Part shown: positions 38,142 through 48,362 of the stretch, one piece after another
Layout of the letters: each line of letters opens with the position of its first letter
How positions within the stretch are numbered: position 1 is the first letter of the stretch
Source: Armatimonadota bacterium
GTDB taxonomy: Bacteria > Armatimonadota > Fimbriimonadia > Fimbriimonadales > GBS-DC
Length of the DNA stretch: 64,000 bases
Assembly (NCBI GenBank): GCA_013359125.1
Contig: JABWCR010000014.1
Coordinates: forward strand, 3,431-67,430
Reading direction: 5' to 3'
Made by a program: the position numbers and the translations under genes
The notes under the pieces: model-generated
Databases searched by the model: none
Seen by the model: the letters and a program-made list of their open reading frames with translations, nothing else
Told to the model about the DNA's origin: nothing

Positions 38142-39431
38142 ATGCTCAAGACCATCGCTGTTTTGCTGTGGGCGGCAAACGTCGCAAACGCCCAATGGGC
38201 CGATATCAAACAGATCGGTCGCGCGGGCGAGCCGTCCATGGCGACCGATTCGCGAGGCAACGTCTTTGTCGGCGCGCACTTGCCCGGCAGTCTCTTCGTC
38301 AGCCGCGATTGGGGCAAAACGTTCGAGCATCAAGCGATCGACGGCTATTGCGATTTTGTAACGCACGCGATGCCCGATGGGCGTTTTTATCTGGTCTATA
38401 TGGTGCACGGCATCGATGGTATTTCGGTCAAACGCTCGACCGATGCGGGCAAGACGCTCCAGGGCGGCAAGGTGCTGAGCGGACCGCTGGACCGGCAATG
38501 GATCGCCGTTCATCCCAAGACAGGGCACATTTTCATGGTCTACTCTCACGGTTATATCGGCGGTCCGGCGTCCAAGGGGATATTTTGTGCAGTCTCACAG
38601 GATGGCGGGGCGACGTTTCGCGAAGTGGCCCGAGCGGACGATGCTCCCAGTGGCGAGGAGGCGGTCGATCCGCTGATCGTAACCAGCACAACAGGCAGGC
38701 TATACGCTATGTGGGGGTTGTCTAAAGATAGGGACACTATATATGCCTATCGCATGGCCTACTCGGACGACGGCATCAGATGGAAAGGCCACCAGACGGT
38801 TGCGACCTCCAGCCCTCAGTTCGGCACCACGCAAGAACGGTGGATGCTGGGGTGCATGGTTGCTCAGGGGCCAAAGCGCTTGATCGTTTTCTACAGCGAC
38901 AAGGCCGAACTTTCGATCGACGGAGCGCCGCACCGCGCGCACCTTGTCTACTACAGAGTCAGCGATGACGGCGGCGTCACGTTTGGCCCGCCAAGAACCT
39001 TGCTTCCTCAGTCCGAACTCGAGAAAGTGGTTCGCCAGTATGCCGACAAGGCGCCCGGCAGAGGCGTCAATCTGTATGCCCAGGCGCTGGTATGGGCGAC
39101 GCTCGATCCCTATGGAGGTCTGCACGCCTTCTTCCACGACAATCGAGAGGGCAGGGCCCCGCTGCAGAACACCGTGGTCAATAAGTGGCACCTGCGACAC
39201 TCTATGTCTCTCAACCCGAACAGAGGCTTCATGCTCTCGCAGCGCGTTTCGCACGACCAGGTTTGCCTAAGGCCCGCGCTCGATTTCATCACGTGTGCGG
39301 CCGATTCGCGCTACCTCTACGCCGCTTGGGTCGAAACGCCAAACTCCATGAACGCGATGCCGTTTACTGGCAACCTGATGGTCGGTCGCTTGCCGTTGCC
39401 ATCGCTGATGCGCTTGATGTTCGGCCTTTAG
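38142..39431 (+). CDS. Secreted BNR/Asp-box repeat protein (sialidase-like beta-propeller)
   Basis: Signal peptide MLKTIAVLLWAANVANA. Asp-box-like SxDxGxT motifs: SRDWGKTF, STDAGKTL, SQDGGATF and SDDGGVTF. Confidence 0.8.
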   Translation: MLKTIAVLLWAANVANAQWADIKQIGRAGEPSMATDSRGNVFVGAHLPGSLFVSRDWGKTFEHQAIDGYCDFVTHAMPDGRFYLVYMVHGIDGISVKRSTDAGKTLQGGKVLSGPLDRQWIAVHPKTGHIFMVYSHGYIGGPASKGIFCAVSQDGGATFREVARADDAPSGEEAVDPLIVTSTTGRLYAMWGLSKDRDTIYAYRMAYSDDGIRWKGHQTVATSSPQFGTTQERWMLGCMVAQGPKRLIVFYSDKAELSIDGAPHRAHLVYYRVSDDGGVTFGPPRTLLPQSELEKVVRQYADKAPGRGVNLYAQALVWATLDPYGGLHAFFHDNREGRAPLQNTVVNKWHLRHSMSLNPNRGFMLSQRVSHDQVCLRPALDFITCAADSRYLYAAWVETPNSMNAMPFTGNLMVGRLPLPSLMRLMFGL

Positions 39432-39480
39432 CAAACCTCGCGCGCCTTTCTATACAGTTCCTTACACACGGAGGCTCGCA

Positions 39481-40026
39481 ATGGCATTTGGATGGGAAGG
39501 CGAAAAGGTTCGATTGACGCCGTTGGACAAGGAACGGCACTTTGAAAACGCATTTGCGTGGATTAACGATCCGGTCGTAACGCGCTACCTGGCGCACGGC
39601 GACATGCCCATAACGCGCCCATCCGAAGAGGAATGGTTCGAAAGAGCAAGTAAATCGAATGAAAGCGACGTTCTCTTTGCGATAGAGACCTTGGATGGCG
39701 TTCATCTTGGCTTCAACGGCATCCATGGCATCAACTGGCGATGGGGAACCGCCGTAACCGGAACCATGATCGGGCGCCAAGACATGTGGGGACAAGGCTT
39801 CGGCTCCGACGCGGCCCTCGTCAGAACGCGCTATGCGTTCGACGTGTTGAACCTGCGCCTGCTGCGATCCGAGGTGATGGCGGAGAACATCGGCTCGATC
39901 AAGATGCTGACGAGAGCGGGCTATCAGGAGGTCGGACGCATACCGCAGCTCTATTGGAAGCGCGGCGCCTACAGAGACGCCGTTATCCTCTGCGCTCTGA
40001 AGTCCGAGTTTAAGGACCCCAAGTAG
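39481..40026 (+). CDS. GNAT-family N-acetyltransferase (RimJ/RimL-like)
   Basis: The acetyl-CoA pocket pattern WGQGFGSDA, in a layout typical of this family. Confidence 0.8.
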   Translation: MAFGWEGEKVRLTPLDKERHFENAFAWINDPVVTRYLAHGDMPITRPSEEEWFERASKSNESDVLFAIETLDGVHLGFNGIHGINWRWGTAVTGTMIGRQDMWGQGFGSDAALVRTRYAFDVLNLRLLRSEVMAENIGSIKMLTRAGYQEVGRIPQLYWKRGAYRDAVILCALKSEFKDPK

Positions 40027-40730
40027 GCGATTACGGCCGGGCCGGTCATATAGATCGATCCCCGGCCGTTCTGCTCTATTAAGAGCGAGCCGCCGGGCAG
40101 ATCGACCTGATACTCGCCCGGTTCGCCGCCCGATCGAATCCAAGCCGCCACCGAAGCGCAAGCGCCCGTGCCGCATGCCTGCGTAAATCCGGCGCCCAAC
40201 TCAAAGGTGCGAACCCTCAGTCTGAAAGGCTCGACAAAGACAGCCTCGTGCGCGTTGGCCTGGTGTTCGCGCGCTTTCACCGGCGCTTCCGTTTCAAAAT
40301 CAGCGCGATGTTCCAGCCAGACCCAATGCAGATTGCCGACCTTTGCCAGCCAGCCGTCCTCCCGCCTTTCGACTGTCGGCAGCCCCATGTCGACGCGAAA
40401 CTGCCCGTCGCGCTCCTCGACGGCATAGACGCCCGATTCCGTTTCGACTCGCCAGACCGGACCCTCGGCCAATCGCCATGTCTTGGCCGCCAGCGCCGCG
40501 CAACGGATGCCGTTGCCGCACATCAGCGCGGTCGTGCCGTCGCTGTTGTGGACCGTCATCTTAAAGTCCGCCTTGTCCGAAGGCGAGAGAGTCAGCAGTC
40601 CGTCCGCGCCAATGCCAAGCTGACGATGGCACGCCGCACGGGCAAACTCGGACGTAGGCAAAAACGGGCTGCTGAACGACTCGACCAGAATGAAATCGTT
40701 GCCTAACCCGTGCGCCTTAGCAAATCGCAT
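39969..40730 (-). CDS. dapF: Diaminopimelate epimerase
   Basis: [16 protein letters not shown], and catalytic Cys blocks MCGNGIRC and ACGTGACA. Confidence 0.9.
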   Translation of the reverse strand: MRFAKAHGLGNDFILVESFSSPFLPTSEFARAACHRQLGIGADGLLTLSPSDKADFKMTVHNSDGTTALMCGNGIRCAALAAKTWRLAEGPVWRVETESGVYAVEERDGQFRVDMGLPTVERREDGWLAKVGNLHWVWLEHRADFETEAPVKAREHQANAHEAVFVEPFRLRVRTFELGAGFTQACGTGACASVAAWIRSGGEPGEYQVDLPGGSLLIEQNGRGSIYMTGPAVIAYLGSLNSDFRAQRITASL

Positions 40731-41008
40731 TACTCCTCATCGGTGGCATGTCCCTCGGGCCGGTCGTTGCTGTGCTCAGGCCTTCCGCCGTAGCCTGGCA
40801 CCGGCCTAGACGGCACGATCGACGAGACCGCATGTTTGTACACTAGTTGCACCGGTTTGCCCGGACTTTCTAGGAGAATCGTAAATGCGTCGAAGCCTCG
40901 CACCAGTCCTCTCAACTGCACGCTGCCCATCAGATAGATGGTAACAGAGATCCCCTCCTTGCGAACCTGGTTGAGAAACATGTCCTGCAAATTGATAGTC
41001 TTAGCCAT
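40730..41008 (-). CDS. hfq: RNA chaperone Hfq
   Basis: Sm1/Sm2 motifs ([36 protein letters not shown]...YKHAVSSI). Confidence 0.9.
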   Translation of the reverse strand: MAKTINLQDMFLNQVRKEGISVTIYLMGSVQLRGLVRGFDAFTILLESPGKPVQLVYKHAVSSIVPSRPVPGYGGRPEHSNDRPEGHATDEE

Positions 41009-41993
41009 TCAAGCGTCCTCCCTCCATTGGAGACAAATACCAAAGTTCAGCAATCCGTGCGCTAGTCGCGCGCGCCTCTCCGCTCGTTTCCATCCAAATG
41101 ACGTTCGGTTCTCGTCTAAACCACGTCATCTGCCTCTTGGCGTATCTTCGCGTCTGAAGCTGGAAATCCTCTACCGCTTGCGCGCGAGTCGACTCTCCTT
41201 TGAGCATCCTCACAGCCTGCTTTACGCCCAACATGCGCAGGGCCGGCGCGTCTTCGGGCGCTCCCGCTTCCAACAGCGCTCGGGTCTCCTCCACGAGTCC
41301 TGTTTCGAACAGATGGGCCGAACGCCGATCGATGCGCTCGTACAGCGCCTTCCGATCCATCGTCAGCCCGATTTTGAGCGAAGGAAGCTCGCACTCCTCG
41401 CGCTTTTGCCAATCGGACCAGGGCAACCCCGATACAGTATACACTTCCAACGCGCGAAGGTTTCGAACAGGGTCGTTCGGATGTATTTTTTGAGCCGCTA
41501 TCGGGTCTATTCGCTCTAATTCGGCCCTGATGGCCGCTGGTCCTTTGGATTGGAGTTCCAAGCGCGTCTGGAGCGAAACTGGCGGCGGCGGGCGATACTG
41601 CGCCAGCAGAGCGCGGATATACAGCCCCGTGCCGCCGCACACGATGGGCAACCGCCCCCTTTGCCGAATCTCTCGGATCGCGGCTCTCGCCAACTCGGCG
41701 AATCGACCGGCCGTGAAGGCTTCTCGCGGATCGGCGACATCGATCAGATGGAACGGCACGCCCTTGCGCTCTTCTTGCGTGGGCTTTACCGCGCTGACGT
41801 CCATCCCGCGATAAACCGCCGCGCTATCGGCCGAGATAATTTCGCCATCGAGCCTGAGCGCCGTTTCGATCGCAACGTCCGTCTTCCCGACCGCCGTCGG
41901 GCCTAGGATAACGAGGATGCGGCGGTCCTGCGACTGTTGACCCGGCGCCGGTTGCCCTTGTGCCTCTTGAGGTTGGTTCTCTTGCCCCATCAT
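41001..41993 (-). CDS. miaA: tRNA dimethylallyltransferase
   Basis: P-loop GPTAVGKT. Classic miaA-hfq linkage. Confidence 0.9.
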   Translation of the reverse strand: MMGQENQPQEAQGQPAPGQQSQDRRILVILGPTAVGKTDVAIETALRLDGEIISADSAAVYRGMDVSAVKPTQEERKGVPFHLIDVADPREAFTAGRFAELARAAIREIRQRGRLPIVCGGTGLYIRALLAQYRPPPPVSLQTRLELQSKGPAAIRAELERIDPIAAQKIHPNDPVRNLRALEVYTVSGLPWSDWQKREECELPSLKIGLTMDRKALYERIDRRSAHLFETGLVEETRALLEAGAPEDAPALRMLGVKQAVRMLKGESTRAQAVEDFQLQTRRYAKRQMTWFRREPNVIWMETSGEARATSARIAELWYLSPMEGGRLNG

Positions 41994-42140
41994 TTTAGGA
42001 GGCTGTTCGCCTGCTTTGGCGTCATTATAGCCGTTCAGCCAGAGCAGGCGAACAGGTCTCGATTGGCATCCGAGAAGCGAGATCTATCCGGTATTCTAAA
42101 GTGCTCGGATATAAATCGACAAAGGGGACCAAGGTGCCAT

Positions 42141-43250
42141 ATGACAATGTTTCTCGCGGTCGCGACTGTGCTCGTCTGCATCGGCCAAACCGCCCCGAAC
42201 TCCCCCATGCAAACCAGGTTCATCGACCTTTCGAAGGAGACGCACCGACAAATCGTCGTCGATCGGGAGCCGGGGCAGTACCTGGGCCACGTTTCGACTG
42301 TGCTGTTGGAGGACGGTCGCACTCTATTGGCCGCGTATCCAAGAGGCCACGGAAAGGGCGCGATCGTGCTCAAGAAGAGCACGGACGGCGGCAAGACCTG
42401 GAGCGAACGGCTGCCCGTACCGGATAACTGGTCGACGAGTTTAGAAACGCCGACCATTCATCGCACAATCGACCCTAAGAGCGGGAAGAAGCGCCTCATC
42501 CTCTGGTCCGGTCTTTATCCGGCGCGCCTTGCCTTTAGCGAGGACGACGGCAAAACCTGGACGCCGCTCAAACAGGCGGGCGATTGGGGCGGAATCGTCG
42601 TGATGGGCTTTGTGGAAAGACTAAGCGACGGCCGCTATCTGGCCATGTTTCACGACGATGGCCGATTCTTTTCCAAGAATGGCAGGGCAACCGGCGCTTT
42701 CACGCTTTACAAGACCTACTCGACAGACGGCGGGCTGACTTGGTCGTTCCCTGAAGTCGTTTGGAGCGGTTCCGATATTCATTTGTGCGAACCTGGTTTT
42801 GTCCGGTCGCCCGACGGCAAGCGCCTCGCGGTTTTGTTGCGCGAGAATCGTCGCGTCAAGCGATCGCACGTCATGTTCTCAAGCGACGAGGGCAAGACGT
42901 GGAGCGTGCCTCGCGAACTTCCGCTGGAATTGACCGGAGATCGGCACACGGCCAAATATGCCCCGGACGGCAGGTTAGTCGTAAGCTTTCGCGATATGGC
43001 TTCCGGAAGCCCGACCTGGGGCGATTGGGTCGTTTGGGTCGGGACGTTCGAGGACATTGAGCAAGGACGCCCGGGCCAGTACCGCGTTCGTCTGATGGAC
43101 AATCTGAAAGGCTCGGATTGCGCCTACCCTGGAGTCGAAGCCTTGCCGGACGGCACATTCGTCTGCGCGACGTATGGCCATTGGGCAGAGGGCGAACAGC
43201 CTTATATCGTCTCAGTTCGGTTTAAGTTGCAGGAGTTCGACCAAAAGTAA
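42141..43250 (+). CDS. Secreted BNR/Asp-box repeat glycosidase-like protein (sialidase fold)
   Basis: Four clean Asp boxes: STDGGKTW, SEDDGKTW, STDGGLTW and SSDEGKTW. An N-terminal hydrophobic signal follows the ATG at 42141. Confidence 0.8.
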   Translation: MTMFLAVATVLVCIGQTAPNSPMQTRFIDLSKETHRQIVVDREPGQYLGHVSTVLLEDGRTLLAAYPRGHGKGAIVLKKSTDGGKTWSERLPVPDNWSTSLETPTIHRTIDPKSGKKRLILWSGLYPARLAFSEDDGKTWTPLKQAGDWGGIVVMGFVERLSDGRYLAMFHDDGRFFSKNGRATGAFTLYKTYSTDGGLTWSFPEVVWSGSDIHLCEPGFVRSPDGKRLAVLLRENRRVKRSHVMFSSDEGKTWSVPRELPLELTGDRHTAKYAPDGRLVVSFRDMASGSPTWGDWVVWVGTFEDIEQGRPGQYRVRLMDNLKGSDCAYPGVEALPDGTFVCATYGHWAEGEQPYIVSVRFKLQEFDQK

Positions 43251-43251
43251 A

Positions 43252-43287
43252 AATCCCCCAGAGCCCTTGGAGAGGGCCTGGGGGATT
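43252..43287. terminator. Bidirectional intrinsic terminator between convergent genes
   Basis: AATCCCCCAG..GCCC ttggaga GGGC.CTGGGGGATT forms about 14 bp of stem. It is flanked by an A-run on the 5' side and T-rich sequence on the 3' side. Confidence 0.65.
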
Positions 43288-43295
43288 GGGGGTTT

Positions 43296-46200
43296 CTACT
43301 GTTGCTTTGCCGGGGGCATGCGGTTGCGGACTTGGAACTCCGGCCCCATGTTGTACAACTCGGGATGGAGGTAGAAGCCGCGCTCCCAGTCGGCCTTCCG
43401 CTCTTCGACGATGATGGGATAGGCTTTGGCGAACGGGTCTTGCCGTACGCCGTAGACGACCCAGGTAACCGACTTGCCGGCCACGCCGCCGCCGATCTTG
43501 AAGCGCCCGCCCTTGAGCTCTTCAGCAATGTGAAGGTTGGGCATGGGCGCGCCGATCGCCGTCAGATTGTAGTCGAAGTCGGTATTGATCGCCGTCAGCC
43601 AGGCGGGCACATCGACGACCGCCTCGCCCTTAGCGTCGAACACCGCGCGACCCTTGTAGATGTTGGTCATTTGGTCGCTCTCGACCGAGGCGTGGCGCAG
43701 GTAGTAGTTGCCCGGGTCCTGTGGATGGTCGATCAAGAAGGCCTTGACCCCTGCAGTCGCCGTATCGCCATAGATCTCGCCCAGGTTGGCGCCGGTGATC
43801 CGGGCGCCCGCGCGAGCGGTGGCGTCGGAGTTTCGGATAACCTCCATGCGACCGTTGCCAACGTCATCCACGAACATTTGGGATCTGACCTTAAGCGCGG
43901 TGGCCGCGTTGGGCTTTGAGGCGGCGACGAATCCATGATGCCGTTGGACGGCGCCGGTGCCGACCGCGCTCAGTTGCACGATCGGCAGGGCGCCTTCGTT
44001 GTTGACGATGATTCGGCCGTGGTCGCCTGTGGTGTTTCGCGCCAGTTCGATCCGGGCGCTGCCAGCAACAGTTGAAACCAACACTCGGCCGCTGAAATTA
44101 GCGGCGGCCTGGCCTGTGGCCTCATTGTTGTGGATCACGCGCATGGTTGTGTTCGTGGATGCGGCAGGCGATGAGGCAAATACCGCGTTTTGCGATGCGG
44201 CTGCGGACTCGGCGAATACGGCAACGCCCCCTGCGCCTTCGGCTTTGCCGTAGACACCGTGGCCGCTAGCGCCAGTTGCATGGCCGTAGACTCCGCTTCC
44301 GCCTGTCGTATTGCCGAAAACACCGATGGCCGATAGACCGGTGTTGGCTTGACCGTGCACTCCGATGCCAGCAGCTTGAGAGGACGAGCCATATACGCCT
44401 GTTCCGACGATCGGCGTTCCGGCGGCGCCGAATTGCCCGACGACGCCGATGCCGCTGGTGGTTGTGCCGTAGACGCCCTTGGCGGCCGCGCCGTTGTTGG
44501 CTACGCCTAAGACAGCGGCGGCGCCCGCCGTTCCGGTGATCGCATGCATGGCCGTGCCTGCGGGCGCCGTAGGAGCGGCGCCTGCGGCGATCGCGACCAT
44601 ACCGATACCGGTCGTGCTTTGTCCAAGCACGCCGATACCGGTCGCATTGTTCGCTCGACCCGATACGCCTATGCCGTTGGCCACATCGGCCCGCCCGGTA
44701 ACGCCTCGAGCGCCTGCGCCTGTGGCAACGCCTTGCACCGCGTCGCCATCGGCTGCCGAAGCTCTGGCATCGACGCCCACGCCTACGCCTTCTGCATAGA
44801 CGCCGATAGAGGCGGCTCCGTTGGGCGCACGGAAGTAGCCCGCGGTTACGTTATTGTTGACGATATTGGCTTCGACGCCGCGGCCGCCGGCATTGACGTT
44901 GGCCGAGACCCCGACCGTAACGCCGCGCCCGTCGACACCGACATTTCCGGTGCCTATGACGCCAAATGTTCCGCCGGTTGCTCGGACGGCTGTTCCAGCA
45001 TTAGCCGTCGCATCGACGCCGAACGCATTGCCCGTGATCGTCGCGCCGACGGCTCCGGCGCCGTTGACGGCAGAAGCCGTGAGGCCGGTGCCGTTGGCGC
45101 CGGTGGCCGAACCGATCAGCCCGGTGCCGCCTCCTGCGGTCGCTGTTGCGGTTACACCAATGTTCGTGCCGGTGAATCCGCCGCCAGGACCTCCGCCTGA
45201 GGTTACAAGGACGCCTTCTCGGCCTGCGCCGCCTGCGATGATGCGCGCGCCGATGCCGTCTACAGTCGTAACAAAGACTCCGACGCCGCCAGCGGCGGAG
45301 GCGTCTGCTCGGACTCCGATACCGCCAGTCGTCGTTCCATGAACTCCAATGGCGTTGCCTCCGTTGTCGGCAATGCCTCGCACGCCTGTAGAGTTGAGGC
45401 CCGTGGCTTCGCCGCGGATGGCTGCGGCGCCTCCAATGGAAGAAACGCCCCAGACGCCGGTGCCGGCCGGAACGGCTACGATCCCCGCGCCGACCAATCC
45501 GTGAACGCCGACAGTGTTCAGGCTAAAGCCTTGTACGCCGGCCCCTGCATCGTTTCGCCCGCCTACGCCAGCTGCGTTCGGGCCTATCGCGTTGCCTTGA
45601 ATGCCGTAGCCGGTGCCTGTGTTCGAAATTGTAAAGACCGCTGCCGGCGTTCCTACATTGGCGGCGCCGACAAATGGGAGGAGCAGTCCGCTTGCTATGG
45701 GATAGGCCCAACCGGCGTTGCCGAAACCGTCCGAGGTGATCGCCTGTCCGACCAAGCCGCCCGCTCCGCTGATCTTGTTGATCGTTACGGACGCATTCTG
45801 AAGGTGCACGTTGCCTACGGCTAGCGGCGCGATTTTCGTCGCGTCCACTGCCGCGTTTGCGATGTGTCCAGTTTCTACCGCTAGCGCTGCGATCTTCGTG
45901 CCGTCCACTGCCGCGTTCGCGATCTTTGGCGTGGTTACGGCCCCATCCGCTAACTTCGCAGTGGTAACCTGGTTATCGCCGATCTTTCCGGTCGTAACGG
46001 CGCCATCCGCAAGTTTGGCTGTCGTAACCTGGTTATCGCCGATCTTTCCGGTCGTAACCGCGCCGTCGGCCAACTTGGGCGTGGTTACAGCGCCATCCGC
46101 AAGTTTGGCTGTCGTAACCTGGTTATCGCCGATTTTGGCCGTAGTAACCGCGCCATCGGCCAGCTTTGGCGTCGTAACCGACCCGTCGGCCAGCATGGCG

Positions 46201-46751
46201 GTGACCACGCCTAAAGGCATGATCGAAATCTCATCGCCGACTATCTGCAGTCCGGCTCCGGCCGTTACGATGGTGCCCGGCCCGGGCTTCCAGACTTCGA
46301 GCCCTGCGTCCCACTTCAGCACTTGGCCGTTAGTCGGCGCATCGGCGGCGATGTTCCGACCCTGCAATCGGATCGCATTGGCCGTATGCGCATAAATAGA
46401 GTAGGGCACTGGCATCATCTTGATGCGCGGCGCAAGCACATTGTGAGGATCGGTGTCGGCCCCTGGCCGCACGGATATCTCTAGCCAACGATCGGCGCCG
46501 GCAAAGGCTCCCGCCCCAAAGTCTAGATCAACGCTGAACAGACCATTGGCAACGTCGAGGTCGTTGAACGAGACGGTGGAACCGATCTGGTCGCCCAACG
46601 TCTCGGCGTTGAAAAGCTTAAACTGAAAGTCGAACTGCCCGTTGGCCGGGCCGCCGTCCTGTCGGATCTGACCCTGATAGTTAAAAGCAGTCTGCCCAAA
46701 AACTGTCAAACAGAGCGCGGCATAAACCGCAAGCGTCGCAAAGTAGCGCAT
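43296..46751 (-). CDS. Giant secreted glycine-rich repeat protein (beta-helix/fibre-like)
   Basis: Strong SD (AAGGAGGG) and signal peptide [19 protein letters not shown]. Contains about 15 decapeptide repeats, then about 550 aa of G-x-G-V-x-G-type degenerate repeats, then a globular C-terminal domain. Confidence 0.85.
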   Translation of the reverse strand: MRYFATLAVYAALCLTVFGQTAFNYQGQIRQDGGPANGQFDFQFKLFNAETLGDQIGSTVSFNDLDVANGLFSVDLDFGAGAFAGADRWLEISVRPGADTDPHNVLAPRIKMMPVPYSIYAHTANAIRLQGRNIAADAPTNGQVLKWDAGLEVWKPGPGTIVTAGAGLQIVGDEISIMPLGVVTAMLADGSVTTPKLADGAVTTAKIGDNQVTTAKLADGAVTTPKLADGAVTTGKIGDNQVTTAKLADGAVTTGKIGDNQVTTAKLADGAVTTPKIANAAVDGTKIAALAVETGHIANAAVDATKIAPLAVGNVHLQNASVTINKISGAGGLVGQAITSDGFGNAGWAYPIASGLLLPFVGAANVGTPAAVFTISNTGTGYGIQGNAIGPNAAGVGGRNDAGAGVQGFSLNTVGVHGLVGAGIVAVPAGTGVWGVSSIGGAAAIRGEATGLNSTGVRGIADNGGNAIGVHGTTTGGIGVRADASAAGGVGVFVTTVDGIGARIIAGGAGREGVLVTSGGGPGGGFTGTNIGVTATATAGGGTGLIGSATGANGTGLTASAVNGAGAVGATITGNAFGVDATANAGTAVRATGGTFGVIGTGNVGVDGRGVTVGVSANVNAGGRGVEANIVNNNVTAGYFRAPNGAASIGVYAEGVGVGVDARASAADGDAVQGVATGAGARGVTGRADVANGIGVSGRANNATGIGVLGQSTTGIGMVAIAAGAAPTAPAGTAMHAITGTAGAAAVLGVANNGAAAKGVYGTTTSGIGVVGQFGAAGTPIVGTGVYGSSSQAAGIGVHGQANTGLSAIGVFGNTTGGSGVYGHATGASGHGVYGKAEGAGGVAVFAESAAASQNAVFASSPAASTNTTMRVIHNNEATGQAAANFSGRVLVSTVAGSARIELARNTTGDHGRIIVNNEGALPIVQLSAVGTGAVQRHHGFVAASKPNAATALKVRSQMFVDDVGNGRMEVIRNSDATARAGARITGANLGEIYGDTATAGVKAFLIDHPQDPGNYYLRHASVESDQMTNIYKGRAVFDAKGEAVVDVPAWLTAINTDFDYNLTAIGAPMPNLHIAEELKGGRFKIGGGVAGKSVTWVVYGVRQDPFAKAYPIIVEERKADWERGFYLHPELYNMGPEFQVRNRMPPAKQQ
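45760..46211 (-). repeat. In-frame 30-bp tandem repeat (about 15 copies) encoding DGAVTTxKLA-type decapeptides
   Basis: The DNA has near-identical 30/60-bp units, e.g. GTCGTAACCTGGTTATCGCCGATCTTTCCGGTCGTAAC occurs twice. The protein reads [49 protein letters not shown]... Confidence 0.85.
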
Positions 46752-46784
46752 CTAATCCCTCCTTACCTTTTGTGAAGCGATTAG

Positions 46785-46790
46785 AGTATA
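46785..46790 (-). promoter_or_regulatory. -10-like box (CGTATACT on the minus strand) for the giant repeat-protein gene
   Basis: Sits about 34 nt upstream of the ATG, with the SD in between. It is divergent from the rimI promoter. Confidence 0.35.
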
Positions 46791-46825
46791 CGCCGGTTTT
46801 GGGTCAGATTCCTGCTTCTCGTCGG

Positions 46826-46831
46826 TATAAT
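46826..46831 (+). promoter_or_regulatory. -10 box (GGTATAAT) 10 nt upstream of the ATG at 46842
   Basis: A perfect TATAAT with no SD before the ATG, implying a very short leader. Confidence 0.45.
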
Positions 46832-46841
46832 CCCAGCGCTT

Positions 46842-47375
46842 ATGGTTGCCCCAAGGGTCGTGCCGCCGATTGTGCTCAGCCCTATGAGAGCCGATCACTT
46901 GGATCAGGTGATCGCTATCGAGCGTCTCAGCTATTCTTCGCCTTGGACAAGAGGCGCGTTTGCGGCCGAACTATCCAACGCGGCAGCCTTCTACTTAATC
47001 GCGACACTGGACGATGCGTTGATCGGTTATGGCGGTTCTTGGTCGGTAATCGATGAAACCCATATCACTACAGTCGCCGTTCACCCAGATTTTCGGGGCA
47101 ACCGGTATGGCGAAGCGATCCTGCACGCCATGCTGGACGCAGGAAAGAGGCATGGGATGGAGCGAGCGACCTTAGAGGTTCGCGCCAGCAATCAAGCGGC
47201 TATCGCCCTTTACCAAAAGTACGGGTTCGTGGACGTTGGAGCGCGACCAAACTACTATAAGGACCCCGTCGAGGACGGTCTTATCATGTGGCTGGAGGGG
47301 CTTGCGTCGCCTCGCTACGAGCTTCGATTGAAGGAACTGCGCAAGGGGCTTAATTATGTTGCTCCTTGGGATTGA
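46842..47375 (+). CDS. rimI: Ribosomal-protein-alanine N-acetyltransferase
   Basis: A GNAT fold (VHPDFRGNRYGEAIL) placed next to tsaD. An alternative start is the ATG at 46884 (MRADHLDQV). Confidence 0.8.
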   Translation: MVAPRVVPPIVLSPMRADHLDQVIAIERLSYSSPWTRGAFAAELSNAAAFYLIATLDDALIGYGGSWSVIDETHITTVAVHPDFRGNRYGEAILHAMLDAGKRHGMERATLEVRASNQAAIALYQKYGFVDVGARPNYYKDPVEDGLIMWLEGLASPRYELRLKELRKGLNYVAPWD

Positions 47376-48348
47376 AACCAGTTGCGACGAGACGGCGGCG
47401 GCAATAGTCCGCGACGATCGTGCTGTGCTCTCCAGCATTGTCGCCTCGCAAGTGGACATTCATGCTCAATGGGGCGGCATCGTGCCAGAGGCTGCGGCAC
47501 GCATGCATGTCGAACGGGTCAATCCGGTCATTCAACAGGCTTTAGATACAGCCGGAATCGGCTTTGACGGCATCGATGCGGTCGCGGTAACGCACCGGCC
47601 TGGTTTGGTCGGAGCGCTCGTCGTCGGCATGGCGGCGGCCAAGGCGATCTCTTTCGCCCGAAAGATTCCATTAGTAGGGGTCAATCACTTGGCAGGGCAT
47701 TTCTACTCGCCTTTTCTATCTGCCGAGCCTCGTTTTCCTTGCATTGCGCTCATCGTGTCGGGCGGCCACACAGAACTGGTCTATTCGAAGGCCCCAGAGA
47801 AGTTCCAGCTGATCGGGCAGACGCTGGACGATGCGGCGGGCGAGGCCTTCGACAAGACCGCTCGACTCTTAGGTCTTGGCTATCCGGGCGGAGCGGCGCT
47901 TTCGGAATTGGCCAAGCAGGGAGATTCGACCCAGATCAAACTCCCCCGGGCGAAGTTGTCAACGCCGTTCGACTTCAGTTTCAGCGGGCTCAAAACGGCT
48001 GTTCTGCGTTACGTTCAATCCGCTCCAAAAGGCTTCTCGAAACCGGACCTCTGCGCCGCGCTCGAAATGGCTATCGCAGAGCCGCTGGTCTCAAGGACGA
48101 TGGCCGGTGCAGAAACTTATGGGGTAGGAACAGTAACCGTTTCGGGAGGCGTCTCGGCTAATAGGACGTTGCGATCCCTCATGGCCAGCGCCTGCGAACA
48201 GAATGGTTTTGAACTCCTGATGCCCGAGCCGCACTACTGCACCGACAACGCCGCCATGATCGCGCTCGCCGGATGGTATCGCCTGCAAACCCACGGTCCA
48301 GACGATTTCGATTTGGATGCCTATGCTTACGGCGATTGGTCGAGTTAG
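47356..48348 (+). CDS. tsaD: tRNA N6-adenosine threonylcarbamoyltransferase
   Basis: LLLGIETSCDETAAA, VNHLAGH and SGGHT motifs. Confidence 0.95.
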   Translation: MLLLGIETSCDETAAAIVRDDRAVLSSIVASQVDIHAQWGGIVPEAAARMHVERVNPVIQQALDTAGIGFDGIDAVAVTHRPGLVGALVVGMAAAKAISFARKIPLVGVNHLAGHFYSPFLSAEPRFPCIALIVSGGHTELVYSKAPEKFQLIGQTLDDAAGEAFDKTARLLGLGYPGGAALSELAKQGDSTQIKLPRAKLSTPFDFSFSGLKTAVLRYVQSAPKGFSKPDLCAALEMAIAEPLVSRTMAGAETYGVGTVTVSGGVSANRTLRSLMASACEQNGFELLMPEPHYCTDNAAMIALAGWYRLQTHGPDDFDLDAYAYGDWSS

Positions 48349-48349
48349 G

Positions 48350-48355
48350 TAGAAT
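48350..48355 (+). promoter_or_regulatory. -10 box (GGTAGAAT) 7 nt upstream of the GTG at 48363; leaderless candidate
   Basis: GGTAGAAT cgcctgc GTG. It overlaps the tsaD stop codon region. Confidence 0.4.
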
Positions 48356-48362
48356 CGCCTGC

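Noticed and set aside
45760-46211. A regular 30-bp periodic repeat that could look like a CRISPR array at first glance.
   Set aside because: There are no unique spacers between the units. The repeat is in frame and encodes a decapeptide repeat inside a long ORF. No cas genes are present.
43302-46395. Plus-strand Pro/Ala-rich ORFs (e.g. 44854-45342 and 45811-46395) opposite the giant glycine-rich gene.
   Set aside because: They are the complement of GGN/GCN-rich codons. The minus-strand gene has an SD, a signal peptide and in-frame repeats.
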